DNA of 63,832 nucleotides, the filler included. It is 6 parts of 6 records of this genome, joined end to end, with 100 filler letters (N's around TTAATTAATTAA, not from the genome) between each part and the next. Parts side by side here need not be neighbours in the genome. Positions count along the whole stretch, not along the records: positions 44,427 to 58,386 come from SRR22947727_3759; 5 more parts are not named here. One strand, 5' to 3'. Shown piece by piece: positions 47,332 through 57,580 of this stretch (position 1 is its first letter; each line of letters starts with the position of its first letter). The position numbers and the translations under genes are program-made. Below the pieces are notes generated by a model that did not search any database, was not told the DNA's origin, and saw only the letters and a list, made by a program, of their open reading frames with translations.

Positions 47332-48132
47332 ATGCCTAATCATAACTTTACAAACGAAATAATATTAACTGCAATAGGTGGAACCTCGCAGTTAGATACA
47401 AGTTCAAGTGCAACTATTTATTTTATAACTGGTAGTGCTACACTTGCTGCAAGTTGGACTATTTCATCTACTGGAACAGCCTACAAGGGACAAGAATTTA
47501 GATTAAAATATACTGCAAATATAAATTTAGGTGGAAATACTATTACTATTTTTGGACAAACAGTAGATAGCGTACTAGCAGGAAAAGATTTTGAAATAAA
47601 AGCTATTTATAATGGAGCCACTTGGGATGTTAACTTTATAGAGCCTTATACTGCGTTAACAACGACAACTGATTTAACAGTTACTGGAGATTTAACTATA
47701 GCAGATGACGGCTTATTTGGTGCGTCTAACACTGCTGGAAGTGTTTGGGTAGCAGATGGTACTAATTTTAATGCTGTTGTTTTAGGTGGTGATGCTAGTA
47801 TTGATCTTGCAGGATCACTTTCTTTAAAAAATCAAGTAATTAAAACTCCTTCTACATCTGGAGCAGGAGCTTACACAGTTTTACTTACTGATTATATGAT
47901 ACACAAAACTGGTATTACTGGTGGAGGAGATACAGTAACTTTACCGTCAGGAGCAGCAAATGGTCAAATTTTTAGAATACTTGATAAATCAGGTACAGCA
48001 GGAACTAATAATATTACAGTAGCTACTGCAGGAAGTGAAACAGTAAATGGATCTGCTTCAACAGTAATTTCATCACATTACGGGTACGTATCAGTACAAT
48101 TTGATGGTGCTAACTATTTTATAATCGGATAA
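47332..48132 (+). CDS. Tail fibre/spike protein
   Basis: Gly/Thr-rich; TVTLPS...GQIF.I.D..G....NNITV...ETVNG module. Confidence 0.6.
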   Translation: MPNHNFTNEIILTAIGGTSQLDTSSSATIYFITGSATLAASWTISSTGTAYKGQEFRLKYTANINLGGNTITIFGQTVDSVLAGKDFEIKAIYNGATWDVNFIEPYTALTTTTDLTVTGDLTIADDGLFGASNTAGSVWVADGTNFNAVVLGGDASIDLAGSLSLKNQVIKTPSTSGAGAYTVLLTDYMIHKTGITGGGDTVTLPSGAANGQIFRILDKSGTAGTNNITVATAGSETVNGSASTVISSHYGYVSVQFDGANYFIIG

Positions 48133-48143
48133 AATTACTAATA

Positions 48144-48416
48144 ATGGTAACTCAAACATATTTAGATTCAATGAAACAAGGCCTTGCTTGTAAACTATCT
48201 TGTTTAGCTGTTAAGTACACAGACGCTTTACACATAGGTAATTCTTGTGCAGATAAAATTAAATGTGACATGGTAATAGCTAACAATCTTTTAAAAATAC
48301 TAGCATTAGTAAGGGGAGATGATTTAGATACTTGTGTAACAGGAGATGAAATATGTACAATAATGGAAAAAATAAAATTAATAATTAAACTTAATGACTG
48401 TGCTTGCGGCTGTTAG
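48144..48416 (+). CDS. Small Cys-rich protein
   Basis: 90 aa with 9 Cys, ends CACGC. Confidence 0.55.
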   Translation: MVTQTYLDSMKQGLACKLSCLAVKYTDALHIGNSCADKIKCDMVIANNLLKILALVRGDDLDTCVTGDEICTIMEKIKLIIKLNDCACGC

Positions 48417-48774
48417 ACAATTTGGTATTGCTATAGGTGTAGTAACAATTGGAGTTATTTTAATTTATTTTTTTAATTTTTTTATGGAAAATATTTCTGG
48501 TAAAAAAATAACTAATGAGTATACTAACATAGAAAAGTATAGAAAAACAATTAAAGAATACGAAAATATTATAATTGAATTAAAAAGCAATACGTTACAA
48601 CAAGACAGTTTAATTAATTCTTTATCAAATACTAATGATTCTTTAGAGTACACTATAGTAAATTTAGAAAAAATAAAAATTATAAAAAAAGATGGGACTG
48701 CTGTTAAATTACAAGTTATTGACAATTTATCTATTAATGAGCTTGACAGCTTTTTCACAAGTAGATTTAACTAG
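48394..48774 (+). CDS. Membrane-anchored coiled-coil protein (spanin-like candidate)
   Basis: N-terminal TM plus coiled coil, upstream of the endolysin. Confidence 0.45.
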   Translation: MTVLAAVRQFGIAIGVVTIGVILIYFFNFFMENISGKKITNEYTNIEKYRKTIKEYENIIIELKSNTLQQDSLINSLSNTNDSLEYTIVNLEKIKIIKKDGTAVKLQVIDNLSINELDSFFTSRFN

Positions 48775-49159
48775 TTACCCAAAAACAGTAATACTAAATA
48801 ATGATACTGTTACTCAGTTTTATTCTTGGCAAGCTAGAAAGTTAGCTACGCAATTAGTAGAGGGAGATATGTATAAGTCTTTGTACGAGACTACAGAAAT
48901 TCAATTAGCTACTTGTAATTTAGTTGCAAATAATAAAGATAGTATAATGGCTTTAAAAGAAAAAAAAATTAATTCTTTTGAAGATATAATTTTATATAAG
49001 GATTCAATAAGCAATTCTCAAAAAAATATAATTACTAGTCAAACTGTAATTATAAAACAAATAAATAAAAAAGCTAAATTTAGAAAAATTAGAAATTGGC
49101 TCAGTGCAATAGGTGGTATTGTCGTAACAGGATTTGTAGTAAATCGTATAAACAAATAA
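48692..49159 (+). CDS. Secreted/membrane coiled-coil protein (spanin-like candidate)
   Basis: Signal-like ...TAFSQ, coiled coil and C-terminal hydrophobic helix; overlaps the previous ORF. Confidence 0.45.
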   Translation: MGLLLNYKLLTIYLLMSLTAFSQVDLTSYPKTVILNNDTVTQFYSWQARKLATQLVEGDMYKSLYETTEIQLATCNLVANNKDSIMALKEKKINSFEDIILYKDSISNSQKNIITSQTVIIKQINKKAKFRKIRNWLSAIGGIVVTGFVVNRINK

Positions 49160-49160
49160 G

Positions 49161-49628
49161 ATGAGAAATATAAAAAAAATATTTATTCATTGTACTGCTG
49201 GGTATGGCAACGTAGAGTCATTAAAAAGATACTGGAAATCTATAGGATGGAAAAATCCTGGATACCATAGAGTAGTAGCACAAGATGGCGAGGTTTTTTG
49301 TTTAGCAGACTATGAGCAAGTTACTAATGGTGTAAAATATCATAATTCTACAAGTATACATATAAGCTACATTGGAGGTGTCAGTAAAGAAAATTATAAT
49401 GTTGCTAAAGATACACGTACAGATAAACAAAAAGAAGCTATATTATGCGAAATTGATAATGCTTTAAACTTTCTAAAGGATTATCAAGAAATAAGCGACA
49501 TAAAAATACTTGGTCATAGAGACATTTCACCCGATAAAAATCTTAATGGAAAAGTAGATAGTTGGGAAAGAATTAAGGAATGTCCAAGTTTTGATGCAAT
49601 AGAAGAATATGCGCACATAATTAAGTAA
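49161..49628 (+). CDS. N-acetylmuramoyl-L-alanine amidase endolysin (T7 lysozyme-like)
   Basis: IFIHCTA, GYH, NGV..HN..SIHISYIGG, GHRD and KECPSF. Confidence 0.9.
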   Translation: MRNIKKIFIHCTAGYGNVESLKRYWKSIGWKNPGYHRVVAQDGEVFCLADYEQVTNGVKYHNSTSIHISYIGGVSKENYNVAKDTRTDKQKEAILCEIDNALNFLKDYQEISDIKILGHRDISPDKNLNGKVDSWERIKECPSFDAIEEYAHIIK

Positions 49629-49672
49629 ATATTATAAAAAAATTAAACTGAGACTAAAAAAAATCTTATTTT

Positions 49673-49710
49673 ATTATAATAATTAATATTTTTTAGTTAT
49701 ATTTGTAATA
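49673..49710 (+). promoter_or_regulatory. Bacteroidota -7 promoter within a repeated motif
   Basis: ATTATAATAATTAAT-N10-TATATTTGTAATA; the same layout occurs at 57541-57578. Confidence 0.65.
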
Positions 49711-50681
49711 TGAACAAATTAAAAAAGGAACATTATTATACAGAAGCAGTAGAAATGTTTAATGATGTAAAGATAGCTACACAAGTAGCAAAAGATCTAT
49801 GTGCCAAATATAACATAGAATATAATGAAGCTGAGGGTAGAAAAGTTAGAAACTGGCTTAACCCGACAGTAAATTTAAAATTAAGAGAAGGAGATTATAC
49901 TCCTAAGATATTAATATATGACATTGAAACATCACAAGCTGAATTTAAATTTAAAAAATGGTGGACTGGTAAATTTAATGGGTACTTAGGTACAAAACAA
50001 ATGACAAAAGAACCACAAATTATAACTATAGCATATAAGTGGTACGGAGAAGACAAAGTACACGCAATAGAGTGGGAAACTTGGTCAGATAAAAACTTAA
50101 TAGAAGAGTTCGCAAAAGTGTATAACGAAGCGGATATGGTAATGGGCATTAATAATAATTCTTTTGATAATAGATGGATTAATGCAAGAGCTGCTAAATA
50201 TGGTTTTGATATAAATACAAATGTTAAATCATTTGATATACAAAGAAAAGCTAAAAGTAAATTTAGATTACCAGGGCATAGTATGGAATTTATGTGTGAG
50301 TACTTTGGAGTACCTACTAAAAAATATAAACATTCTGGCATTAACATGTGGAATGCCATAGAAGACACAGAGGGAGAATACTCTGAGAAAGAAAAAAAAC
50401 AAGCCATGGAAGAAATGGTTCATTATAATAAAATTGATGTATTAGCTACAGAAGATTTATATAATAGACTAAGACCTTATTTTGACCATGTAGTTCATAT
50501 GGGAGTTTTAAAAGGAAGTAGTAAATTATCTTGCCCCGAATGTGGAGGACATAATTTTGAACTATACAAAACAACTGTAACGTCATCGGGAACTATCCAA
50601 AGAATAATGAGATGCAAAGACGATGGCATTAAGTTTAAAATTAGTAACAGAGAGTACTTAAAATTAAAAATAAATGCTTAA
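49710..50681 (+). CDS. RNase H-like (DnaQ/RNase_H_2) exonuclease with C-terminal zinc ribbon
   Basis: ILIYDIET, N..SFD, YNKIDV..TE and CPECG. Confidence 0.75.
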   Translation: MNKLKKEHYYTEAVEMFNDVKIATQVAKDLCAKYNIEYNEAEGRKVRNWLNPTVNLKLREGDYTPKILIYDIETSQAEFKFKKWWTGKFNGYLGTKQMTKEPQIITIAYKWYGEDKVHAIEWETWSDKNLIEEFAKVYNEADMVMGINNNSFDNRWINARAAKYGFDINTNVKSFDIQRKAKSKFRLPGHSMEFMCEYFGVPTKKYKHSGINMWNAIEDTEGEYSEKEKKQAMEEMVHYNKIDVLATEDLYNRLRPYFDHVVHMGVLKGSSKLSCPECGGHNFELYKTTVTSSGTIQRIMRCKDDGIKFKISNREYLKLKINA

Positions 50682-50753
50682 AAGGGCTTGGAAAAAATTT
50701 TTAGATTGGTTAGCAGCTGATGGTTCAGAAGATAACTCAAAAAGAATATAATA

Positions 50754-51449
50754 ATGACATTAAATGAACACATATCACATTTACAAAGCATAGCTAACAA
50801 AGGCCTTGCTTCAGATGATAAAAGATTACAAGATGAACACTTGTACCACCTTTTAAAGATATATAGAGCCAGATTAATATGGGAGAAACAGAATAAATTT
50901 CATAAGCTTTCTCCCTTTAATTATCAAACAATAGATTGTATGCCTTTAGAACTAGCAGAGTTAAATGACTGTGCTTGTTACAAAACAGGATGTGTCACTT
51001 TAAAATCTAAATGTGATTTACCTAAAATATTATCTTACAGAAATAACATGCTAATTAAAGTAACTCTTTTAGATGGTACTCCAGTTAGTCAAACAAGTAT
51101 TGCAAAAGTTAATATGGCTAAGTACAGAAAAACAAAATTAGCTAAATATGGTTGGTTTATTCACGATAATAAATTGGTAGTTGTAGGAGACAAAAGATTA
51201 AAAGTAGTTACAGTTACAGCTATTTTTGAAGACCCTACAGCACTAATAGATATGTGCCAATGCACAATAAGTGGAGAAGAAACAGCAGCACCTTGTTATG
51301 ATGTACTAGACCAAGACTTTCCAATAGATGCTGAAATGGTGCCTATGCTGTATAAGTTAGCTATAGAAGATTTAGGAATATTTTATAAGTTCCCACAAGA
51401 TGATGAAAATAACGCAAAATCTGTTGAGGTTTCGCAAGATAAAGAGTAA
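50754..51449 (+). CDS. crAss-like ring/tail tubular protein
   Basis: QTIDC..LE, AIFEDP and DFPID; position before the IHF-like gene. Confidence 0.55.
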   Translation: MTLNEHISHLQSIANKGLASDDKRLQDEHLYHLLKIYRARLIWEKQNKFHKLSPFNYQTIDCMPLELAELNDCACYKTGCVTLKSKCDLPKILSYRNNMLIKVTLLDGTPVSQTSIAKVNMAKYRKTKLAKYGWFIHDNKLVVVGDKRLKVVTVTAIFEDPTALIDMCQCTISGEETAAPCYDVLDQDFPIDAEMVPMLYKLAIEDLGIFYKFPQDDENNAKSVEVSQDKE

Positions 51450-51913
51450 TGGCAAAAAGACATACGTTAGTAAATATATATAATAACTATTTACAAGATA
51501 ATCTTCCTAATAGCACTAATTATGTAACTAAAGAAGATTTTAAAGAAATTAATTTATTATTTTTTAAATTATTATCAAAAGAAATTATAGAAAATGGGTA
51601 CGTTTATAAAGTACCTTCGGGGTTAGGTGAAATATTTATAAAGAAATTTAAACCAAGCAAAAAAAGGGCAATAGATTTTAAAATGACAAATGCATTATAT
51701 GCAGAACATAATCTAAAAAATCCTGATAATAAAAAAATAATATACCACAAAAATAACCATTCATTTGGTTATGCTGGTAGATGGTATTGGAAAAAAACAA
51801 AAGCTATTTTGCCTAATAAAAGTTTATATAAGTTGCAACCAGTTAGAAGCAATAAAAGAGCTTTGGCGAAATCAATAAAAAATAATAATACAATAAATAA
51901 ATATATAGGATAA
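51449..51913 (+). CDS. IHF/HU-like protein (crAss-type)
   Basis: KVPSGLGEIFIKK, IDFK.T, N.HS.GY..RWYW and R..KRALAK.I. Confidence 0.7.
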   Translation: MAKRHTLVNIYNNYLQDNLPNSTNYVTKEDFKEINLLFFKLLSKEIIENGYVYKVPSGLGEIFIKKFKPSKKRAIDFKMTNALYAEHNLKNPDNKKIIYHKNNHSFGYAGRWYWKKTKAILPNKSLYKLQPVRSNKRALAKSIKNNNTINKYIG

Positions 51914-52773
51914 TGAAAACAGATAATTGGATAAGTATTAAGTCCGTACTTCCTTTCGTATATGACTCAATTGATGAGGCATTGTTAGACGAAGGGATTT
52001 TGTATGAATGGTGCTATAGTGCATGGGATAAAATGGAAATTCATACTTTTACCATAGACAAAACTATGTTATTGGGAATAAAAGATTATAAAACTAAACT
52101 ACCATGTGACTTGCAAAAGTTAGAAATGGTGTTAGCTAAAACTAATTTAAAAGATGGGTTAGAAGATGTAAGAACATGCTCTAGCGCATATGAAGGTACT
52201 GATTTAAATTGGTATAAAAATAATCCAGATGCTAGTCTATACAGCTATTTCTATAATAGAAATTGGTTACCTATGAAAAGACCAACTGGGAAATTTCAAT
52301 TATCATTTGATCAATGTAGTGGTGACATAATTAACTTTGAAAACTCATGTAGACGTAGATGTAATCATGAGTATAGATTACTACCTAACGGTACTTTTAA
52401 TTACCTACAGACAAGTTTTAAAGAAGGTGTAATAGCAATAGCATACAGAGCTAAATTAATGGAAGGAGACGACTATTTAATACCTGATGATACTCACATT
52501 AAAGAAGCTATAAAATCATACTGTATGATGCGTTTATGGGAATCTAGATGGAACTCTAAAGAAGAGGGAGCAGGGGAAAGATTTAGATTTTACAGTACAG
52601 ATTGGCCTTTGAAAAAAGCAATAGCACAAGGCAAATATAAAATGCCAGACCTAGAAGAATTAGAGCAGTTACGAATTCAGGAAACAAAGATGATTAGAAC
52701 TACAGAACAGTTTAATAATCATTTTGCTGATTTAGCATCTCCTGAACTAATTAATTTATTAAACTTACATTAA
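51913..52773 (+). CDS. crAss-like ring/tail tubular protein
   Basis: LPCDL, YLQTSFKEG...IAY and LIPD....KEAI..Y. Confidence 0.6.
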   Translation: MKTDNWISIKSVLPFVYDSIDEALLDEGILYEWCYSAWDKMEIHTFTIDKTMLLGIKDYKTKLPCDLQKLEMVLAKTNLKDGLEDVRTCSSAYEGTDLNWYKNNPDASLYSYFYNRNWLPMKRPTGKFQLSFDQCSGDIINFENSCRRRCNHEYRLLPNGTFNYLQTSFKEGVIAIAYRAKLMEGDDYLIPDDTHIKEAIKSYCMMRLWESRWNSKEEGAGERFRFYSTDWPLKKAIAQGKYKMPDLEELEQLRIQETKMIRTTEQFNNHFADLASPELINLLNLH

Positions 52774-55700
52774 TGGCCAAAAAGAAAGACAAAGACTACG
52801 AAGACTTTAAAAAGTTTATGTCATCAAAAAAAAGTAGTTCAGGCAGGGGTTTTAATACTAACAATATTACTCCTGTAGGGGGAGCTCTTTACACAGATAG
52901 TTCTTTATCTAGTCAACCTTCAAATACTAATAGATTTGCTTTAAATGCTGTTAGTGAAACTGAAGATGGAGATTTAGGTTTTACATCTAATGAAAGAGGC
53001 ACTAGCGTATGTGCAGCCTTACCTGAAGCTTGGAATAATAATCATGTTGTTGTCGGACACATTAATTTATTAAATGATGAAGCTATATTATTTTTAGCCC
53101 CAAAGTCAAATGCTCTTGGTAATGATTTTTCTATAATTGCAAAACAAACAAAAGATTGCAAAATAGAAGTTTTAATAAAGGCTAAATGTTTAAGTTTTTC
53201 CCCACATAAGCATATAAAAGGAAAATGGAGATTACTAAATGGTTGCGAAACTGTTATTTACTTTGTTGACGGAGTTAATACTGACAAAGCTATTAATCTT
53301 TCAAGATTAGAAAATTATACATTAATAAATCCTCTTACTCAAGAGCCTTACACTGCAGTAGAAGCAAATTTAAGTAATTTATGGAATTGCAATTTAATGA
53401 AGCTAGAGGCAGACTATTTGCATCCTTGCATAGAATTGCAACAAGTTAATCCAAGTGGTGGAAAATTAGAAATGGGAATGTATCAGTTTGCTGTGCAGTA
53501 TTCTGATAACAGTCAAAATTTATCTAATTTTACTGCTGTTAGTGATAATATTCCTATTACAGAATATATCTCCAATGGAATATCTACAGATAATTATAAT
53601 CAAATAGAAGGTGGAGATTCTACTTTAGAAAATGCCACTAATAATAGTATATCTATTACTATTAAAGATTTAGATCCAAATTATCCTTTTTTTAACCTTG
53701 CAGTTATAGAAACTATAAATGGAACATCTAATGCTTATCAAATAGCGACACTAGAGACTCAAAATACTATTAATTACACTTATAGAGGTACTACTAATAA
53801 CTCTATTCCTATTTTACTTACTGATATATCAATTAATAATGTAACGTATGAATCTTCGGAAACTTTAGAAATAGCAGAAAACAGACTATTTAGAGCTAAC
53901 TTAAAAGAGAAAAATATTAATTGGGGCAAGTTTCAACAACAAGCAAACAACATAAGAAGTTATTATTTTACTAAACCTTTGTGGTGGAGTAAAGGGGATG
54001 TTTATAGGGGGGCAAAAGATGCTAATGTTTATTTTGATACTAAATCATATATGCGTGACGAAGTGTATGCTTTTGCAGTAGTATGGATATTTAATGATGG
54101 TACAGAGTCTCCTGCATTCCATATTCCAGGTAGAGAAAAAAATAAATACCCTACAGGAGTAGAAATTCCTTTTACAAGTGAGCCATGTATACATAATAGA
54201 TTTGCGTCACTTTTACCAGGACAATGGGACAGTTCAGCTTTATCAGATTCTCATGATGAAGTAAGTTTAATAAACACAGATGAAAGGTGGCAAATATATA
54301 ATACTGCAATTAGAACCTACCCAGACACTACTACAACTAGTTTAGATACTCCTGGATATGATATATATGCTCCATCAGAAGATAGAGACCACTTGCCTAC
54401 AAATGATTATACAAAGGGAGTTTTAGCTTATTTTGAAAGTGAATTAAACTATCCTGATGATTCATGTGATGGTAAAAGAATTTACCCTGAAGGTAAAATT
54501 AGATTTCACAAAATGCCAGACACTACATTAGAGCCACACTTTACAACAGTAGCTGTAAGTAGCGAAGTTTTTGGTGACTATAATGACCAGTTTACTTTGC
54601 AACTAGGTGTGGATTTTGAAAATATAATTCCACCTTCTGACTATGCTGACCAAATACAAGGTTACTATATAGTAAGAAGCCAAAGAGATGGTACTAATAA
54701 GACTGTAATTGATAAAGGAATTGTATATCATAATGTTAAACATCATTATAATTTTGCAACTTCTGCAAAAAGTTCACAACCAGTAACTTATAATAAACCT
54801 ACTGATGTATCTAGTTTAACAACTACTTTTGATACTCAAAATTGGACAATGGAACCATATGCATTCCATACACAAACTTGTTTAGGAAATAGACATTGGT
54901 GGCATGATAGTGTAGAAAAACCTGCTGCAGATGGCTCTCTTGCAACTAATTATGGAACAACATTAGCTTATGATACTTTAGCTGGAAATAGAATTTATAT
55001 TGCGCATGAAGGACATACTGCACCTCATAGCTTTTCTAATAACAATTCTCACCCAGTATCATCACAGTATTATGATGTATTTAATGTTAGTTTTCACTCT
55101 CCTATATCTAAATTTCAAACACAAGACCTTAGCGCAAGTTATTTAAAAGTAGAAAATAAATTATCAGGTAAATATGTTGGGAAAAGGGCGCATAGAGCAA
55201 ATGTGGCCTCTAGAAGAAGAATGTCTCAACAACTTATTGACTATACTTTTATTGATACAAATAGACAATATAAAACTAATTATTTAATAGACCAACATTT
55301 TTCTGTAGATGCTCATAATATTGCAGTAAAAAATTCAATTAATTTTGTAAATAAACAACAACAGGAAGCTTTTGTATTAATACCTAATATAGAAAATCCT
55401 ATTCCACATTTTGATAGGTCAGAAGAAGCAACAATTGAGTACTCTAAAGAAGGTGATATAGAGGGGACTCTTTTAGATAATAATTCTACTTGTATATACG
55501 GCTCTTTAAAAATAGAAAATCCATCTATATATGGAGCAGTTACTAGTATTAATTATATTAAAACTTCTAAATGTATAGAAGAATTATCAAGCACAAGTAC
55601 TAGAGTATTTGGGGGAGATATTTTTATATCTAAATTTGCACCTATTAGAAATTATACTAGTTTTCAATTACATGATACAAATGATGAAACTTTGTGGAAA

Positions 55701-57524
55701 CAAATTCCATATTTCTTTGTGGAGTCTGAGATTAATACAGAACTTAGACATGAGTTTAGAGCTAGTGAAGTTACAGAAGCAGATACTAATTTCCCTTGTA
55801 CTACTTACTTTCCAAAAGAATCTTCTAATAATTTACTATTTGAATGGGATTTTGAAAGGTGGACTGCCATAAATTGGGACAATGCTAGTAGTGATCAAAT
55901 AAAGACTGTAATTGATAAATACATAGATAACTCATATTGTAAAAACTATTACCAATATAATTCAGATTTTTCAAGAGAAAATGTAGTTAAGCCTTATTTC
56001 CCTTTACAACTAGGATATAGTTATTGTTCAGATTGTAATAACCATTACCCACACAGAATAGTTTATTCTCAAATAGGAAATCAAGAACAATCTACAGATT
56101 TCTTTAAAAACTTTTTAGCTAACTCTTATGAAGATTTAGAAGGTAACAATGGGTTTATTACAGATATATTTTATTTTAGGGATGTATTTTATATGCATAC
56201 TGAGCAGAATTTATTTGCTAGAAAATTACAAACACAGCAATTAGAAACTATTGATGGGGACTTAATTAATTTAGGAGATGCTACAGTATTTGCTGCACCT
56301 GTGCAAAATTTAAATTCAGTACCTACAGGATACGCAGGTAATCAACATAAGCAAGCACTAGCTATATCAGAATCAGGTGTATTTTTTCCTGATGCAGATT
56401 CTGGAAAAATATTTTTATTATCTAAAAGTTTAACAGAATTATCAGATCAAGGTGAAAGAAACTTTTTTGAAGAAAACTTACCTAGTAATTTCTTAAAACA
56501 ATTTTATGAGTTAACAGGTAAAGAATGGCCTTATGAAGGAGTTACATCTAATTTGTCTGTAGGTTTGCAGTCTGCATATGATACAAGACACAAAAGATGG
56601 ATAATCACTAAAAAAGATTATAACATTATAAGTAATAAGATTACATATAATACTATGGATACTTTGCAAAACCTATATGAAGATATAGAAAATGGAAATG
56701 TACCATTTGATGAGTTAATTTTTAACCCTACTTTATATGATACCTTCTTTACAGTATCTGGAGATACTTCTTTATTTACTATAATAGACGGAATTGATTT
56801 TACTAATGCAACATATTTTGAAAATAAATCATGGACAAAATCATATTGTAATTTAATTCAAGGTTGGAAATCTTACCACAGTTATTTACCTAACTACATA
56901 TATGGAACGCAATCTAAATTATTTAGTTCTGTTATTCCTAATAGTAACCTATGGGAACATAATATAGGCGAATTCCAAACTTATTATGGTGTTAGAAGTC
57001 CTTTTATAGTAGAGCCAGTTACTACGTTAGACCAAGTAAATACATATACATCACCTGTTGTTGGGTACTTAGCGAATGTATTAGAGTTTGACTCTACTCA
57101 TGAGCAATGGCTTGAAATAGATTTTGATACTTTTAATAAAGGAGTATTTTATTCAACAAATCAATCTTCAGGATTAGTTAACTTAACTATTAAAAATAAT
57201 AACACACCGTTTGCTTCTATTAATAATACTCCAGGAAGCTTACTAGTAAATAAAGAAGAAAAAAATTGGAGTATAAACAATATAAGAAATAACGTAACAG
57301 ATAATACACAGCCATTGTTTACTAAAAATTGGTCCGTCTTGCAAGGAGGGTACTTTATTGATAAAGAAGTAAATAACAATGTTATAGACTTTAACAAATC
57401 TTTATTTACAAAAGAGAAGTTAAGAGACAAATTTATGGTGTGTAGATTTATATATGATAACCCACAGAATAGAAAATTTAATTTTAAATATATGATAGAT
57501 AAATCTAAAGTTAGTTACAGATAA
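52773..57524 (+). CDS. crAss-like tail stabilisation (muzzle) protein
   Basis: 1583 aa. FALNAV, IYFVDG.N, NRLF.ANL, SYMRDEVYAF.VVW...DG.ES..FHIPG and W.SYHSYLP. Confidence 0.75.
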   Translation: MAKKKDKDYEDFKKFMSSKKSSSGRGFNTNNITPVGGALYTDSSLSSQPSNTNRFALNAVSETEDGDLGFTSNERGTSVCAALPEAWNNNHVVVGHINLLNDEAILFLAPKSNALGNDFSIIAKQTKDCKIEVLIKAKCLSFSPHKHIKGKWRLLNGCETVIYFVDGVNTDKAINLSRLENYTLINPLTQEPYTAVEANLSNLWNCNLMKLEADYLHPCIELQQVNPSGGKLEMGMYQFAVQYSDNSQNLSNFTAVSDNIPITEYISNGISTDNYNQIEGGDSTLENATNNSISITIKDLDPNYPFFNLAVIETINGTSNAYQIATLETQNTINYTYRGTTNNSIPILLTDISINNVTYESSETLEIAENRLFRANLKEKNINWGKFQQQANNIRSYYFTKPLWWSKGDVYRGAKDANVYFDTKSYMRDEVYAFAVVWIFNDGTESPAFHIPGREKNKYPTGVEIPFTSEPCIHNRFASLLPGQWDSSALSDSHDEVSLINTDERWQIYNTAIRTYPDTTTTSLDTPGYDIYAPSEDRDHLPTNDYTKGVLAYFESELNYPDDSCDGKRIYPEGKIRFHKMPDTTLEPHFTTVAVSSEVFGDYNDQFTLQLGVDFENIIPPSDYADQIQGYYIVRSQRDGTNKTVIDKGIVYHNVKHHYNFATSAKSSQPVTYNKPTDVSSLTTTFDTQNWTMEPYAFHTQTCLGNRHWWHDSVEKPAADGSLATNYGTTLAYDTLAGNRIYIAHEGHTAPHSFSNNNSHPVSSQYYDVFNVSFHSPISKFQTQDLSASYLKVENKLSGKYVGKRAHRANVASRRRMSQQLIDYTFIDTNRQYKTNYLIDQHFSVDAHNIAVKNSINFVNKQQQEAFVLIPNIENPIPHFDRSEEATIEYSKEGDIEGTLLDNNSTCIYGSLKIENPSIYGAVTSINYIKTSKCIEELSSTSTRVFGGDIFISKFAPIRNYTSFQLHDTNDETLWKQIPYFFVESEINTELRHEFRASEVTEADTNFPCTTYFPKESSNNLLFEWDFERWTAINWDNASSDQIKTVIDKYIDNSYCKNYYQYNSDFSRENVVKPYFPLQLGYSYCSDCNNHYPHRIVYSQIGNQEQSTDFFKNFLANSYEDLEGNNGFITDIFYFRDVFYMHTEQNLFARKLQTQQLETIDGDLINLGDATVFAAPVQNLNSVPTGYAGNQHKQALAISESGVFFPDADSGKIFLLSKSLTELSDQGERNFFEENLPSNFLKQFYELTGKEWPYEGVTSNLSVGLQSAYDTRHKRWIITKKDYNIISNKITYNTMDTLQNLYEDIENGNVPFDELIFNPTLYDTFFTVSGDTSLFTIIDGIDFTNATYFENKSWTKSYCNLIQGWKSYHSYLPNYIYGTQSKLFSSVIPNSNLWEHNIGEFQTYYGVRSPFIVEPVTTLDQVNTYTSPVVGYLANVLEFDSTHEQWLEIDFDTFNKGVFYSTNQSSGLVNLTIKNNNTPFASINNTPGSLLVNKEEKNWSINNIRNNVTDNTQPLFTKNWSVLQGGYFIDKEVNNNVIDFNKSLFTKEKLRDKFMVCRFIYDNPQNRKFNFKYMIDKSKVSYR

Positions 57525-57540
57525 ACTTTATTTTAAACAT

Positions 57541-57578
57541 ATTATAATAATTAATTTTTATTCACTATATTTGTAATA
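57541..57578 (+). promoter_or_regulatory. Second copy of the Bacteroidota -7 promoter motif
   Basis: ATTATAATAATTAAT-N10-TATATTTGTAATA. Confidence 0.65.
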
Positions 57579-57580
57579 CA

